Positions 24,338 through 38,600 of a stretch of DNA of 64,000 nt are shown here, piece after piece. The DNA lies in contig JAAOMT010000543.1 in the NCBI GenBank assembly GCA_016748015.1, positions 542,491 through 606,490 on the forward strand, in the 5' to 3' direction. Below the pieces are notes generated by a model. It did not search any database and had not been told where the DNA came from. It was given only the letters and a program-made list of their open reading frames with translations. Both the position numbers and the translations under genes were made by a program. The stretch is from Geosiphon pyriformis uo1 (lineage: Eukaryota; Fungi; Glomeromycota). Within the stretch, counting starts at the first letter, position 1. Each line of letters begins with the position of its first letter.

Positions 24338-24821
24338 ATGGAAAACAAAGAAATTAAAAGAACTCTTCCGGAGTCTCATGATTGTAACGAATGTTTAGTA
24401 TGTCAAAACATTCTAAATAAAAAAGAGAATTGGTGTGTGGCATGCCAGTTCATATTCTTTAAAAAACTTTATCACGACTTTTCAAGCGGCAATAAAGTAG
24501 TTGATGAAATAATTAAGAATCCAATCTATATTCCACCTAATGATGAAGATAAACTTGATATATTCACTAATGGTAGAATTTTATATTATGAATGGATTCC
24601 ATGGAATTGTTTGTCGAATATCAAGGAAATTGCTAGAGGAGGGTTCGGTATAATCTATAAAGCAACCCTAATAGGTGGATTAATTAATACGTGGAGTATA
24701 AAACATCATGGTTCAATGGAATATGAAAGAGAAACAACTAATGGGTTTGGAAAAAAGATTGATGAAGTAGCAATAAAAATTATAAAAACAAACAGTTCAG
24801 AAGTGTTTAAAGAGGTAAACA

Positions 24822-24876
<55 letters not shown>

Positions 24877-25292
24877 TATATAAAATTCATATTTAATTAA
24901 TTCATATTTATTTACTCTATATTTTCGTTTATTTCTTTTTCTTTTTTCACTCTGCTTATAGTTAAATATTCAAAGAGCTATGGCAATTAAGAGTTCTTTA
25001 TATAATGTCTCTTCAATATTAGGGATTACGCAAAACGCTGAAACACTCGAGTATGGAATTCTGATGGAGTTTGCGGAGCATGGAGATATGCGAAGATATT
25101 TATCAACAAATTTTCATTCAACAAGATGGAAAGATAAATTGGTTATCGCGTGGAGAATAGCTTGGGGACTTTCACGTATTCATTCTTCTGGTATGGTTCA
25201 TCGTGACCTACACTCGGGCAACATTCTACAATTAAGTACTTACGAGGCAAATATTGGAGATCTCGGATTATGTCAACCTACAAAAAATGAAG

Positions 25293-25323
<31 letters not shown>

Positions 25324-26098
25324 AACAGAGGAAAAAAAGATATATGGAGTAATTCCATACATCCCACCAGAAGTTTTAAGAAGAGAAAAGTTTACTTCGG
25401 CTGGTGATATTTATAGTTTTTCCATGTTATTATGGGAATTAGCAACAGGAAAGCCTCCTTTTCATGATCGTTCTCATGATCATCTTCTTATAATGGATAT
25501 TTTGAATGGTCAAAGACCTAAGATTACTTCCCCACTTATTCCACCTTCAATTGCCGAAATAATTGAAGAATGTTGGGATGCTAATCCTGAGAATCGCCCT
25601 AATGCTTGGAAAGTTTGGGAGAAGTTGGATAAACTTGACAATATGTATATTGAATATTTGAATAAGGAGGCTAAAAATGAAGTGTCAATTATAGAAGAGC
25701 CTACGGGTGAAGAGTCTAAAACTGAGAGTTATGAAATAATACAGTTTAAAGAATCAGACAAATACGTGGCAGAAATGTTGAAGAATGACGTAATAAAAAA
25801 TTATTCAATAACAATGTCAACGCCCATTCATCCAGGAGCAGTTTATACAAGTCGTGTTTTAAGTTTGCAAATGATTGAAGAAACACAAGGTTAGTTTATA
25901 TATATTTTTTGTATTGATTAATTCATTGATTTAATAATAATAATAATAATAATTTATTTTATCTTAATTTACTTTTTAAAAGAGTTAATTTATTTGCCTA
26001 AAGGTAAGGAATTACATGTATCATTAATCATTAATAAAATTTATGTTCTTACTTAACGCTTATTTATTTTCACTGTCTATTATTTAGAAGACTCTTAA
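24338..26098 (+). CDS. Tyrosine-kinase-like (TKL) protein kinase of the expanded Glomeromycotina type, probably 4 exons
   Basis: N-terminal CxxC..WCxxC, SGNKVVDEII, EWIPW, IARGGFGIIYKA, VAIK, HRDLHSGNIL, IGDLGL, YGVIPYIPPE, DIYSF, HPGAVYTSR. Intron 24814-24961, then short terminal exons giving ELIYLPKEDS*. Confidence 0.92.
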
Positions 26099-26168
26099 TA
26101 GATTTAATCCTGATTTGTCATCTTAACTTCCCGTTCGTGAATTATATTATTTTAATCTCTACAATGAA

Positions 26169-26207
<39 letters not shown>

Positions 26208-26969
26208 TAATTAGTTTAACTTTTCTTACGTGATATATTTAAGATAGTTTTTGTTATATTTAAATATCTAAATTATTTTAGCTACAATATTTATTAAATT
26301 TATTCCAAAATATACTCTTACTAATTTATTATAAAAAAAATTTCTTCACATCTAAATAACAATATTTTTTCAATAAAGTATTTATTATTTTCATTCAAAA
26401 ATTACCCAAATTAAATTTTTGGCAGAGAAATTAAATTTTCTTTTATATCAGTCAAATAGGCAACTATAATCTTTAAACCCTAAAAAATGCTTTGATTCCT
26501 ATATTATAATAATAAGTGAGAAGTTTATTTTATTAAATTTAATACAAAATATTTATTTTTATTTATTTATTTATTTGAGTTTTTAATAAAACTTAAATAT
26601 CAAAGATATTTTCTCACGCGAAATTATATACACGTACTTTTAAAAACAATGGGGCACATTTCTTTTTATTATAAATCTTTTTGAACAATAAGTCAGGGAA
26701 ACCCAAAATTTGGTTCATTCATAAGTTATGGAATAAGCTAGTAAATTACACAAGAAGTTTCAAACGCCGAATTGTCGTTAGCCCTATGACATTTATTTTG
26801 CTCACGATATTAGCAGCCAGCAATCACAGCATGATGATGGCTCGTGAAAAAAATATGATTGCTAAGAGGTTTATCCGTATCCGAATATGTATATAAAAAG
26901 CCATTTTCAAAATTTAAATAGATAATACCTGCCCTATTAAACAATTTTTTAGATAAGTTCTCTGGCAAA

Positions 26970-27244
26970 ATGGGTAAAGACTCAAAGCCTGAATCAAGCA
27001 AGGCTATTCTGGATAAAAAGTGAGTGCTTAATTTTCAAATATCATAACCATATCAGAAAAATTTCAAATTTATAACACTATAAAAATCATAAAATTTTAC
27101 ATTTCCTAGAACTGCAACGCTTTCACTAACCGACCAAGCCTCGGGGACAAAATGGTTTTTACCTACCCCTAAAAATGATGATAGTAAAAATGGTGCACGG
27201 CCTACCACGGTGGTTATTCTACCTAGAAGGTAATTTTTGAACAT

Positions 27245-27286
<42 letters not shown>

Positions 27287-29615
27287 TGAGATTACATGTA
27301 CCCAACTGCTGAAAAGATTCTCTAATGCTATCACAATAAATTTCTAGTTTAAATACTCAATCTCTAACCGTACTTGATAATCGGACCAATAAACTATATG
27401 AAATTCCGATCGTTAACAACACGATACCTGCTTTAAAATTCAAAGAAATGACTTCAGATCCGATACCTGGATCCAGGGAAGAAGATGAAAGTGGCAAAGG
27501 CTTGAGGTTTTGAAAAATTGAATGATTTTTAAAATGAGTTTTTACTGCAAGTGAAAACTCTTAAATATTTATATTAAATTCTAATTACCAATGATTTCTT
27601 AAGAGTTTATGATCCAGGTTAGCGATTTGAATATTTTTAAAATTTGAAATATACATTTTCAGCTTGAATTTCAAGAATTCTTTATCACTAGCTTTTCAAA
27701 ATACTGCGGTTGCTCAATCGAAAATTACATATATCAATGGTGACACCGGAGTTCTTCGTTATCGGTCAGATATTTTTTAAGTCTCATCAGGCTTCTATAC
27801 TTTTCTCCTTTTACTCTCTCTCATAAACATTATAAAAGTTTGATTTCCCAGAGAGATTCCTTATTAATTATAAAATATTCTAATTCTAGTGGTTATCCTA
27901 TAGAACAACTTGCCGAGAAATCTACTTACCTTGAAGTAGCCTACCTTCTCATTTACGGTGAACTGCCCAGCAAAGTGCAATATCATAACTTTTCTCATGA
28001 AGTCATGCATCACACCTTTGTTCACTTTAACGTGACTGAATTGACGCGTAATTTCAATTACGATGCGCATCCCATGGGAATGTTTATCAGTAGTATAGCC
28101 GCCATGAGTACTTTTCATCCTGATGCCAATCCTGCTCTGGCTGTATGTTTATCAAGATAATTCAACTTCAAAAATATTATAAAATTTTGATTTTTAATTG
28201 GCTCATTCCTTTTAGGGATCGGATCTGTTTATTCGGGACGAAAAAATTCGAAACAAACAAATTTTCAGATTACTAGGAAAAACTCCTACATTAGCGGCGT
28301 GAGTACAATCTATTTCATTTTTAAATTTTTAAAAAAATTTCTTAAAATAATCAATCTTTATTTTTAAAGAATTACCTATCGTCATCGTATTGGACGGTAT
28401 GTTTAGATTTTTTAATAATATTCATACTCAAAATGCTTGCTCTTTTCCTAAGCATGTTAATTTTTTCATTCATTCATTCATTCATTCTAAAGGGGTTACA
28501 ACACGCCGCAAAATAATTTGAGCTATACAGAAAATTTCTTATATATGCTTGATAGACTTTCAGAAGAGAATTACAAACCAAATCCAAAGCTTGCACGAGC
28601 CTTGGATATTTTATTTATTCTCCATGCGGGTAAGAATCTGTGTAATATAAACCTGAAAAGTTCTCATTTTCAAACTTAACTTTATTCTCTGCACTTAGAT
28701 CATGAGCTTAATTGTTCGACAGCAGCCATGCGTCACATAGGATCATCCCTCGTGGATCCTTATAGTGCTATCGCGGGCGCAGCGGCTGCACTTTATGGGC
28801 CACTTCATGGAGGAGCTAATGAAGCAGTTTTGAGGATGTTGGAAGAAATTGGTTCTACCGAAAAAGTTCCAGAATTCCTTGAGCAAGTAAAACAAAGGAA
28901 GCGAAAACTTTTCGGGTTTGGGCATCGAGTGTATAAAAATTATGATCCACGAGCAAAGATTATCAGGAAGATTGCTTATGAGGTATTTCATAATGATTCT
29001 TTTAATTACTATGAATTAAGCTAAAGAAATTGAAATTTACCTTTGATATTATTCTTGAAAGGTTTTTGAAGTTTGCGGCCAAGAATCTCTTATAGATGTC
29101 GCCCTTGAACTGGAACATCTTGCTCTTCAAGATGAATATTTTGTTCAGCGTCGGCTTTATCCAAATGTCGATTTCTATTCCGGATTGATCTATAAAGCAA
29201 TGGGTTTTCCGACCGATATGTTCCCAGTTTTGTTTGGTAAGTATTTGAAATGATGTTTTTGTCCATAACATGATCCTCACTGTTAAATATTTGTTTTAAC
29301 TAGCGATTCCACGGATAGCTGGTTGGCTAGCTCATTGGAAAGAATCACTTGAGGATAAAGACAACAAAATATGGCGCCCTCGACAGGTTTACATGGGTGA
29401 AGGAGTACGTTCATATATCCCATTAGAACTTCGGGAGTCAGCGGGCAATGAAAATTTTAATGTCTCTGTAGGTGATCACTTTGCAATGTTTTGATTTTAA
29501 TCGGCTCCTCTTTTAACTCAATTTTCATCTTACCAACAAATTTTAGCATCAATTTAGCAAGAGAAGTCAGGTGGCAAGCTTTGAAAACAAGGTTAATTTG
29601 GAATCCAAGTTGTAA
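26970..29615 (+). CDS. Citrate synthase, bacterial-GltA/plant-peroxisomal type, with C-terminal PTS1 (SKL); about 12 introns
   Basis: [120 protein letters not shown]. Last exon 29547-29615 encodes [22 protein letters not shown]. The start codon is tentative. Confidence 0.93.
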
Positions 29616-32600
29616 TCAACTTTTGTCTGCCCGGCAAATTTACCTTTTGGTATATTCTCTTACTACGATAGACAGGTTTTAATTTAATTTAATATCAAGA
29701 TTTGTCGTTCTTCCCTTTTGATTTTTCAATTTTAATCAGAACGAGCGAATGGATTCTTAAAAAAATTTGTGTATGAAATAACCAAAAGAAACAAATGGAT
29801 AAAAAAACCATTAGCACATTTAAAGGCAAATTAAAGTAATGACAGTGAGATTGTTATTGAGGATTTCAAATTTAAAAGAAAGAAATTTGATAGCTGGTTT
29901 TTACCTTGATATATGATATTTTTATCAAATGAACAAATTCATCCATCTTTCACTTTTATATGAACAAAGATATATGTTCTTATAAATAAACAATTTTAAT
30001 AAATAAAAGAGTGTCAATTATGATAGAGTTTTAAACGTTCTAGAGTGAGTTTTCATAATAGCATTGAAAGATAATTCTGTTGGGTTAGACATTGAACCAA
30101 ACATGTATTTTTTGTTATAAAAGTAAAAAGCTTAATTTTTGAGATTCATGAACTTGTAAATAGATAAGGTTGAAAACCCAATTACTTGATTGTTAAAATT
30201 ATTAATCATACATTTTATAGTAATTATATTATTATATATCAATAAATATTTTCATTGATTCAATAAATAAATTTGATTAAACTTTTTAAAAGATAGATTT
30301 TGTGAACATTCCTATTTATTATAAATTAATAAATGCATTACATTTCTACAAAAATCATAAAGACCAAAATTATAGATTTTAAATATTATATTTTTTAAAA
30401 AATTTGACTCAATTTAATTTAGATTTGAATCAGTATAAATTCAACATTAAAAAAAAAGAAAAGAAATTTATTGCCCACAATGGCTCACTCGGATTTGTTT
30501 TTCGCAAATCACATTTGGTACAATCAATCCAATATTCTCGCAAATGATGAAAGAATCTATTTTTTCCTCAATTAGAAAAAGTGGAATGAGTCACATATAA
30601 TACCATATGAAACAGGGTCTTTCACGTATTTGAGCGAAAAACCGATTTTGGATTTTGGATTTCCAAAACTAAAAAAATCACTTTTTAAGGCAAATGAAAC
30701 TAAGGCCTATTATAACGATTTCAAATTCAAATTGGAGAGGCTAAAACAAATTTTGAAAATACCACAAAAATATAACACTGGTTATCATGATATACTATCT
30801 AGGCTAAAGGCGAGTTGTGTTTAGTAACATGCGTTTTGTCAATTGCATATGAACAAGACCTTTAGGAATTAAAGATAAGATCAGCGTCTTCGTTTTTGCT
30901 TGATTGAGGAATGAAAAATTAATAGAAATTTTTAATCTGCTAGTAAAGAATTCTAAAGAGATTAAGAATCCCAAACTTGATTGAGCTCTCTGACTCGTGA
31001 TTTAATAATTAAAGAATTTTTTCGCGAGTGCACATTAAAATAAGAGAGTAGCGCGCATGATCTTTTGAAAACTTCAAAATTGTTGTAAAAGTGTTTCACA
31101 GAAATTTTAGAAAAATGATTATTTTGTAATAGTTTTCGAAAAATCAAGCTGCAGTCAGTTCAATGAATTGTAGATTTATTTGAAATTTCCATGCGTCAGA
31201 ATTTCTGCGTTACAATTATTAGGTCTTTTTCTGTTACTAAAAAGTCTTTTGTGTAAGAGTGAAAGAGAAGATTTAATCTAAGGCTTAATAGGATAAACTC
31301 TTTTTTTTTTGAAACATCATTTGGAAATGTAATATATATATATATATATATATATATCGTAATTTTTGGAATGAATTTCAATTTGAATTATAAAAAAAAG
31401 TCTTAATTGAGTTATTTTGAAACTAAAATAGTATTCAAAAAAATTGTGCTTTTAAAATATTAAAAAATAGAAATTGATTTCAATTGAAAAACTCGAATTT
31501 TTTATAATCATTTGAGATCTATAAATAAGATTTACTTTTTATCGTCAAATTAAAAATCAAAAAGAGAGTAAAAAAGAGAGTAAAAAGTAGCGTAAAAAGA
31601 AAAAATTTAACATTAAAAACTTTCTTATAATTATAAATCATTTAAAAAAATCCGAAACATGTTTATAAAAATTTATTTTCGTCAACAAATCTAAAGAAAT
31701 GATAATTCATGATGAGGGTAAATTTAAGGCATGCAACCAACCATAAAATGGATAAAATTAACATGGCTACAAATAAAAAGAACTCGAAAATATGCAAGGT
31801 TCATCGTGATTACAAAATTTTCTCCTGTAGTAATTACACTGAAGAGCTCAAGGATAATGAGTAAATTAAATTTAATCTCACAAACGTTATGAAAGAGTTG
31901 GAACGTGTGCCGATAGTTAAGATATGCTATAGATTAAAGTTCTGAATAATTTTTTTATTCCAAATATCTCTGTATTTTAATGGATAGTTGATTATATTAA
32001 TTTGAAATGAAATGAAATGAAATGTGAGAGCATTATGAAATCTTATACGTGATTTAAATTTGACTACCCAATGATCATATGAAAATGTATAGAAAAGATT
32101 TCTCCTTGTATGCTCATTTAATAACATGTAAATTTACTCGTTTTGAATGCTCCTTTACCAATTATGAATAACGTAGTCATTTTTAACTCATCACAGGTAT
32201 AAAATATCATTCAAATTACGCCAAGACAAGCTCAAAAAAATGGCTAAACTTTTCTTGTGCAGTTAATGGTGTATTTAATCTTAAATTCAGAGTTTAGGCA
32301 ATTTGGGTACAAATCACAGCAACGGAGAAGTGATAAATTCAAAGTCTCATTAAAAGCCTGAAATTCATTAAGCAAAAACTGCAAATTATAAGAAGTTTTC
32401 ACATTCTTAAACATGAGTATATATATTTGAATTGAATCAAATTTCATTGAATTATCTTTTGTAATTCTTTATGAACTCCTAAAATAGGATAGATGCACAG
32501 CTCCTAAAGATTTTTTGCACCCATATTAACAGAGTTTGCATAATAAGACATTTTTTTTACATGATTCTTATAAAATCATGTTTGGGTTAGAACAATGCAA

Positions 32601-35600
32601 AAATAACACGTATTACTTGAAAATCAATCAATCAAAAAAAATTGGTCAAATAGGGAAAATAAATAAATTATTTACAAAGCCACAAATTGGATTCAGGGTT
32701 TGCAATAGTGAAAAATAGATTATATTAATGGGCTTTTATATGTATTTTGGGAAGTATAAAAAATAAATAAGCTTTATATGTGGTAACTTTTGTGAGTTGT
32801 CTGTTAAGTTTTTTTTTTATATACACACTACAATCTCAAATTTTGAAAGATTAAAGAGTACTTTTAAGATAAGACTAATCATTAAGATCTAATCATACAA
32901 ATTTTAAAACCTCATTTTTGAGTCTCATTTGTAAACATCATAGCTCTTTACTTTGTAAAATTATCATTATAATTAATATTTTCACTTATATACATTTGAA
33001 TTGTTAAAAAATTTTCTTATCTTTAAGTTAAAGTGAACTTTATTTCTTTTTTCCTTTTTTTTCTCTTGAATTGGAATTCATAGAATTAAGTTAAAACCAT
33101 TAATTAAAACATAAAATTATAAATACCTATATTATTATTTTTTTATTAACAATTAAAGACTATTTTTTAACTTTCAAATTTTTAAAAAAAAACTAATAAC
33201 TGTGATTTTAATACTGATTACATTAATTAAATTAAAATTTCTCTTTTTTTTCATCAGATTTATATTGTTTTTAATTATCTTACTTCTTACTATATATTAT
33301 CATGTTATTCTGACTTATAAAATTACAATACATATTTATATATATATATATAATATTTTTTAAAAATACTGTACATTAATTGTTTTTTATATTATATAAA
33401 TAAATTATTAATTATTTAATACTGTTTATAAAAAATATTCATTTCAATTTTTGTTCAATAATTAAAAATGTTTGCATAAATATGAAAATCTCTTTTTTTT
33501 AATTAATTAATAAAAATATTTATCACATACAATGGCAAGCTTAAAAAATAAGTTTTTTTCAACATAAACTTTGAAATATAATACACTTTGAGCATCAATA
33601 ATAAAATTTAAAATAAGCAAAATTTTAAGAATTGAAATAATGAAAAAAAAATTTAACAGCTTTCTTAAAATTTTATTTATATACATAACTAACAATCTTG
33701 GTCAATAACTTAAATCAATAATAAGTTAATATTTATCTTAAAATTAGAAAAGTCAATTTCGATAAAAAATCAGATTAATAAACAGATAGAATCAGATTAA
33801 AAATAAAAATTCTCAAATACATTCTTTGATTAAATTTTTTCGACACTTACGTCATGGGCGGGAATCATAAATATAAATCAGGCTTTTGGGTATGTCAAAA
33901 TTGTTAATTAATTTACATATTAAGGAATATGAAATTTATTTTATTTATTTATTCATGAATATAAATACAGATATGGTTCTAGTAAATAGTTTTTATATGT
34001 TTCTATTATGTTACCTTCTTCTTTTACTGTTCATTTGTAAAAAAAATTAATTTACCTTTCAATGAAATATTTCAAAAATTTTGAAAAAAAATATATAAAA
34101 TTTAAGAGGTAATATTTCAAGAATGTGATTTTAAGATTTATAGAAAAATACCTAAATAATTGTAATATCAATTATACCATAAAACACGTTACAAATGAAC
34201 AAATTAACAAATGAAAAAATGAACAAAATCCAAGAAATAATATGTAGCGAAATTAAAGTTTTTAAAAAATAAATAAAAAATAATTTTTAATTAATTATTT
34301 ATTTATTTATTTGTTACTACTCTCTAAATATATTCATTTAACTGTAATTTCAACTTTTCATACTTTGTAATTATTGATATTATGAATAAGTAAAAAAGTA
34401 AATTTTTTTTTGATTATAAATTCTGCTTTAACATTTCAATTTTAATATTTCAGCACTTTTTCTTTTTTATTAAATCGATAAGAAAATACTACGATAAACA
34501 GAAATTCCATTTCAACTGTATTTTTTATCATTATAAGAGCCCAACGGACTTTCAATTACTGTTTTATAACTTTATATTTGTTTGTTTTTATTTATTTGAT
34601 TAATGATAATAACATACATCTTAATTTTAAGGATAAAAATTAAAATTATTTACATATGAAAATTTTTTAAACCTGGTAAATATTAAGAGAAGCACAATCT
34701 TACAAGTTAAAATAAATTGATAATTAAAATTTGTTTGTTTGTTTGTTTGTTATAAAGTGTTGACATCTCTGATGCTAAAAACATATAAATTATAGTTTAG
34801 AACTTTTATATAAAGTTCTTTTTTCTTTAAAAATTATAAATTTCTAAATCAATTGCTACTCAATTAAAAAACAAAATTTAAATATGTTTGATAAGAAACC
34901 ACTTTAGAGTTAATCAGTCTTACACAAAAAATGGAATAAATAAAAGTACAATTAAACCTTATTTGTCATGATTATATAGACAAAAGAATTTGTTTGTTAA
35001 TTGTTTTCCAAATTTTTGTCTTAACATTAGTACTTGCCTTTTTTTCAAAATCTTTAAGCTTGTCCAATAACTAATTATAGATAAAAATTGATAAAACAAG
35101 TATTGAATAACAATTCAATAACACATGTTTTATAGCACGAAAAAAAATCTTTATGTAAAATTTACAAAATTAATGTTACCAATAAAAAAATATTATTATT
35201 TTTATTATATTAACTTACAAAACCTTTTGTATTTTTTTGATTTACATTCACTTACTTTTTTTAATTTACAAATTATATAAATCATAATCTGTAGCAGTCA
35301 TTATTATTTAATAGCTATAAATTTAAAAACATTAATTAGATGGAACAAATTTCACAACTTTATAAAATTTTCAAAAAAAAATTTATGTAATTTCCAAAAG
35401 CATAATACTTATCTTGTAAAACTCAAAAAATAAAGAAAGTTTAAAGCTTTGTTGTATGTTCTAACATAAAAAATGTAGAATTTTATCATGTTTTGACATT
35501 GAAAATAACTTCTTTTACCTTTATTTCTATAGTATTATATTATTATGTAAACTTTTCATAATACTAAAATAAGCTATAGGTCTTAATAATAAGTTTACAA

Positions 35601-36996
35601 AACTATATTCAAAAGAAAAATATAAGATAATAAACTCAAATCTGGTTTTTTAAAAAGTAACTTATTCTTAGAATTATTTCTTTAATCCTTATAATGTTCT
35701 GTCTGTTTTGTTCTTTTAACAATTTATCTTTATTATTAGTTGTACAAGTAAATTTTTATTTCAAAATTAAAATATCTATGTTAGAATTCGAAAATAAATA
35801 TATACAAAAAACTTAGTAACATATATTTTAATTAATATATCTAATTTTTGACAATAATATTCAAAAACTTCAGCTAAATTTTTACTAATATAAGGCCTAT
35901 ACAATATATAAAAGTTCAATAATATTTTTTTCAGTTGTCAATCTTTAGTGATCCAATGAGCAGTAATGTTTAAAAAAACAACATATTTAAAGAGATTTAT
36001 GCATTAAGTATGAAAAATAAACAATCTAAGATATTCTGGTTGACAAATAAAATATTAAAAATTAAATTAATTATAATACAAAGATTTATATTTGTAAAAT
36101 TTGATAAATATTATTTTATTCTATGAAAAAAATTTCTATTATTTCAGTTTTAATAATGTTAGCAATAGAAGAGATAATTTCATAATTAAGTAAGTAAAAA
36201 ACTTTACAAAAATTATTATTTTCAATCTTAGTAAATAATTGATTAAAGCAAAGAATTTATCTAATAAAATATTTGTAAAAACAGGCAGATATATAAGTCT
36301 GTTAATTAAAAAAAAATTAATAAATTAGTAAAAATCAAATAAAAAAATCGAGATATTAATCAGAATTTTTTTATTTTAAACAAAATTATTTAATGTTTCA
36401 AAATTTTTATTATTAAATTTAATTGAATAGTTTTTTTAAATGTTTTAAGAAATTTGTCATACTGCGTTCTCTTAAAATGTAAATTTTTTTATTATAAATA
36501 GGAATATTAATAAAAATAAAAATGAGTATTATTTTGCTATTATTATTAAGATAAAACTTGTTTACAGTAAGTATACTTTTTTTTTTCTGTTTATTTTTTT
36601 TATTAATTCAAAATGCTTTTAAATTTGGTTTTGTGCCTTTTTACTTAAATCTAATATGCTAATTATAATTTTTTTTGCTTACTTGACTTATTTATCTTTT
36701 TATCAAGATTTAATATTTTAAAAGTTGCTTTTTATTGCACTGGGAGTTAAAAAGCAAAAAGTTACATAATAAGCAATTTTTTTTATCGTTTATGTATTCT
36801 TTTATCAAAAAAAATTGTTAAATTATGATTATAATTTATTTTTCATGTTGTTACATAAATATAATCCATGATTTATTTTCATTATATTATTATGTAAATA
36901 TGTTTACCAGGTTTTTGGTTTAGTTTTGGTTTAATTTTATATAAAACTAAAACTAAAAAAACTGAATTGAAATTTCAGTTTAGTTTGCTTTAAAAA

Positions 36997-38600
36997 CTAA
37001 ACCAAAACCAAAGAAAAAAGTGAGAACAAGATCTGTGAATCATTCAAAACCATACTTAAAACCAAATTTAGACCAAAAACAAGTGTATTTATTGGAATTT
37101 GAAAAGAAAAAAAAGAAGTTATTAGAACCAAAATCATACCATTAAGTTTATATACAATACCAGAAACCTGATTAGCCAGCAGTTCTAAGAAGTGTTCCAA
37201 AGAGACCAAACAAATACACATAAAAAACTTATCTAGCAAAGCTAATAAAGCTTTTCTATTAGAACCCAAAACATCTAAAAAAGAAAAGTTAAAATCAAAA
37301 CCAGATAACAAACTACCAAAAACAGAAGCTGTTGAAATCATCTGAGCCCATAACTTATTACCAAAAGCAGTAGAGCAAGAAATAAAAATGTTTTTTTTAG
37401 TGTACAATTTGGTTAACTAAAAATAATTTTTATCTAAAGCAATCTTCTTAAATACTATTGTAAACAAAGAGATAAAGAAACCAGAAGTATTATATTTTAA
37501 AAAAAAATGTTCAAAATGCCCATATTTTTCACAACAAACTGAATTCAATCTGACTCAAGAGAACTTAATACCACGAAAAATAGGCTCTATATAAAAAGCA
37601 AATTTTAATATCTCATTTAATTTAAAACCAATAACATTACAGCAAATCTTATTGTTATTCTCAAATAATTAATTAATAATATATGTTTTCTCACCAGGTT
37701 TTTTAACAAGAGTACTAAGATTATAAACAGTTGTTCCTACTGGCAAGGTAAACAAAGTGCTTTGAATTGATCTTTAGACATCCAAACATCTCAATTTCTC
37801 ACAGTTTTTACTACATATACCGAATTTTTTTCAATAAGAAATAATCACTTTGCCATTAATTAATTAGTCTAATTAAATTTGGCAAATTCTATTACAGTTT
37901 TCTGCTACAGTCCAATTAGTTGTAATTAGATTAATACTACTTGATCAAACTTGGAGAGAGCTATAATAATCATTTTTTTTGGCATATTTATAAGAATTTT
38001 ATTAATAATTATGACTCAATCTAAACAAATTTATTGTTTCTTAATATTGTTGTTTATAATAATCTCTTTATTTTTAGCCAATATTATAATTTTTTTCATA
38101 CTTTTTTTAAATATAAATGTTAACTAAATGAATTTTTTTTATACAAAAAATTCTTAACAAGTATTTTTACTTAAGTTTTGGTAATTTTAGGGTCAATCTA
38201 TCTTTTGTCTAATAAAATACTAAAGAAAAGTAAGAGAAATTTAACTTTTTTGTCTATATTAAAATCAAAAGATCCAAGAAAAAAACCAAAAACCACAGCA
38301 GAAACCACCTTTCTAGTCTTAAAAATAATGGCAGCTGAACTAAAAAAAGAATTACTATTAATACTAGTTACAAAACCATTGTGTTTATTGTCACTAAAAT
38401 TACCATCCAAATCTGAAAACATACTATTACCAAAATCAAACTTGACCAACGAGATGTTTTTTTTATCACAAAAATGCTTAATATTATCAAGAACTACTTT
38501 CTTTTCTTGAGAAAAAAACCACTAGCAAGACCATAAAAAGCCTTTTTAAATGCTTTTTTCTTAAACATATTGTTACTTGAAACAGCTTTCAAATCCACAA
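36997..38600 (-). mobile_element. Heavily eroded non-LTR (LINE) retrotransposon ORF1-like relic
   Basis: Collinear fragments: DLKAVSSNNMFKKKAFKKAFYGLASGFFSQEKKVVL, FGFFLGSFDFNID, LFTLPVGTTVYNLS, IFISCSTAFGNKLWAQM, LVSLEHFLELLANQVSGIV. I recognise the family from memory as a multicopy glomeromycete LINE ORF1. Many stops. Confidence 0.65.

Noticed and set aside
11320-29615. Lipid-metabolism gene cluster (phospholipase B, hydrolase, peroxisomal citrate synthase)
   Set aside because: The genes are interspersed with unrelated ones and no shared regulatory motif was seen; chance adjacency is sufficient.
31700-32520. Possible decayed F-box/LRR-like gene fragment
   Set aside because: Coding-like texture, but no motif I can support.
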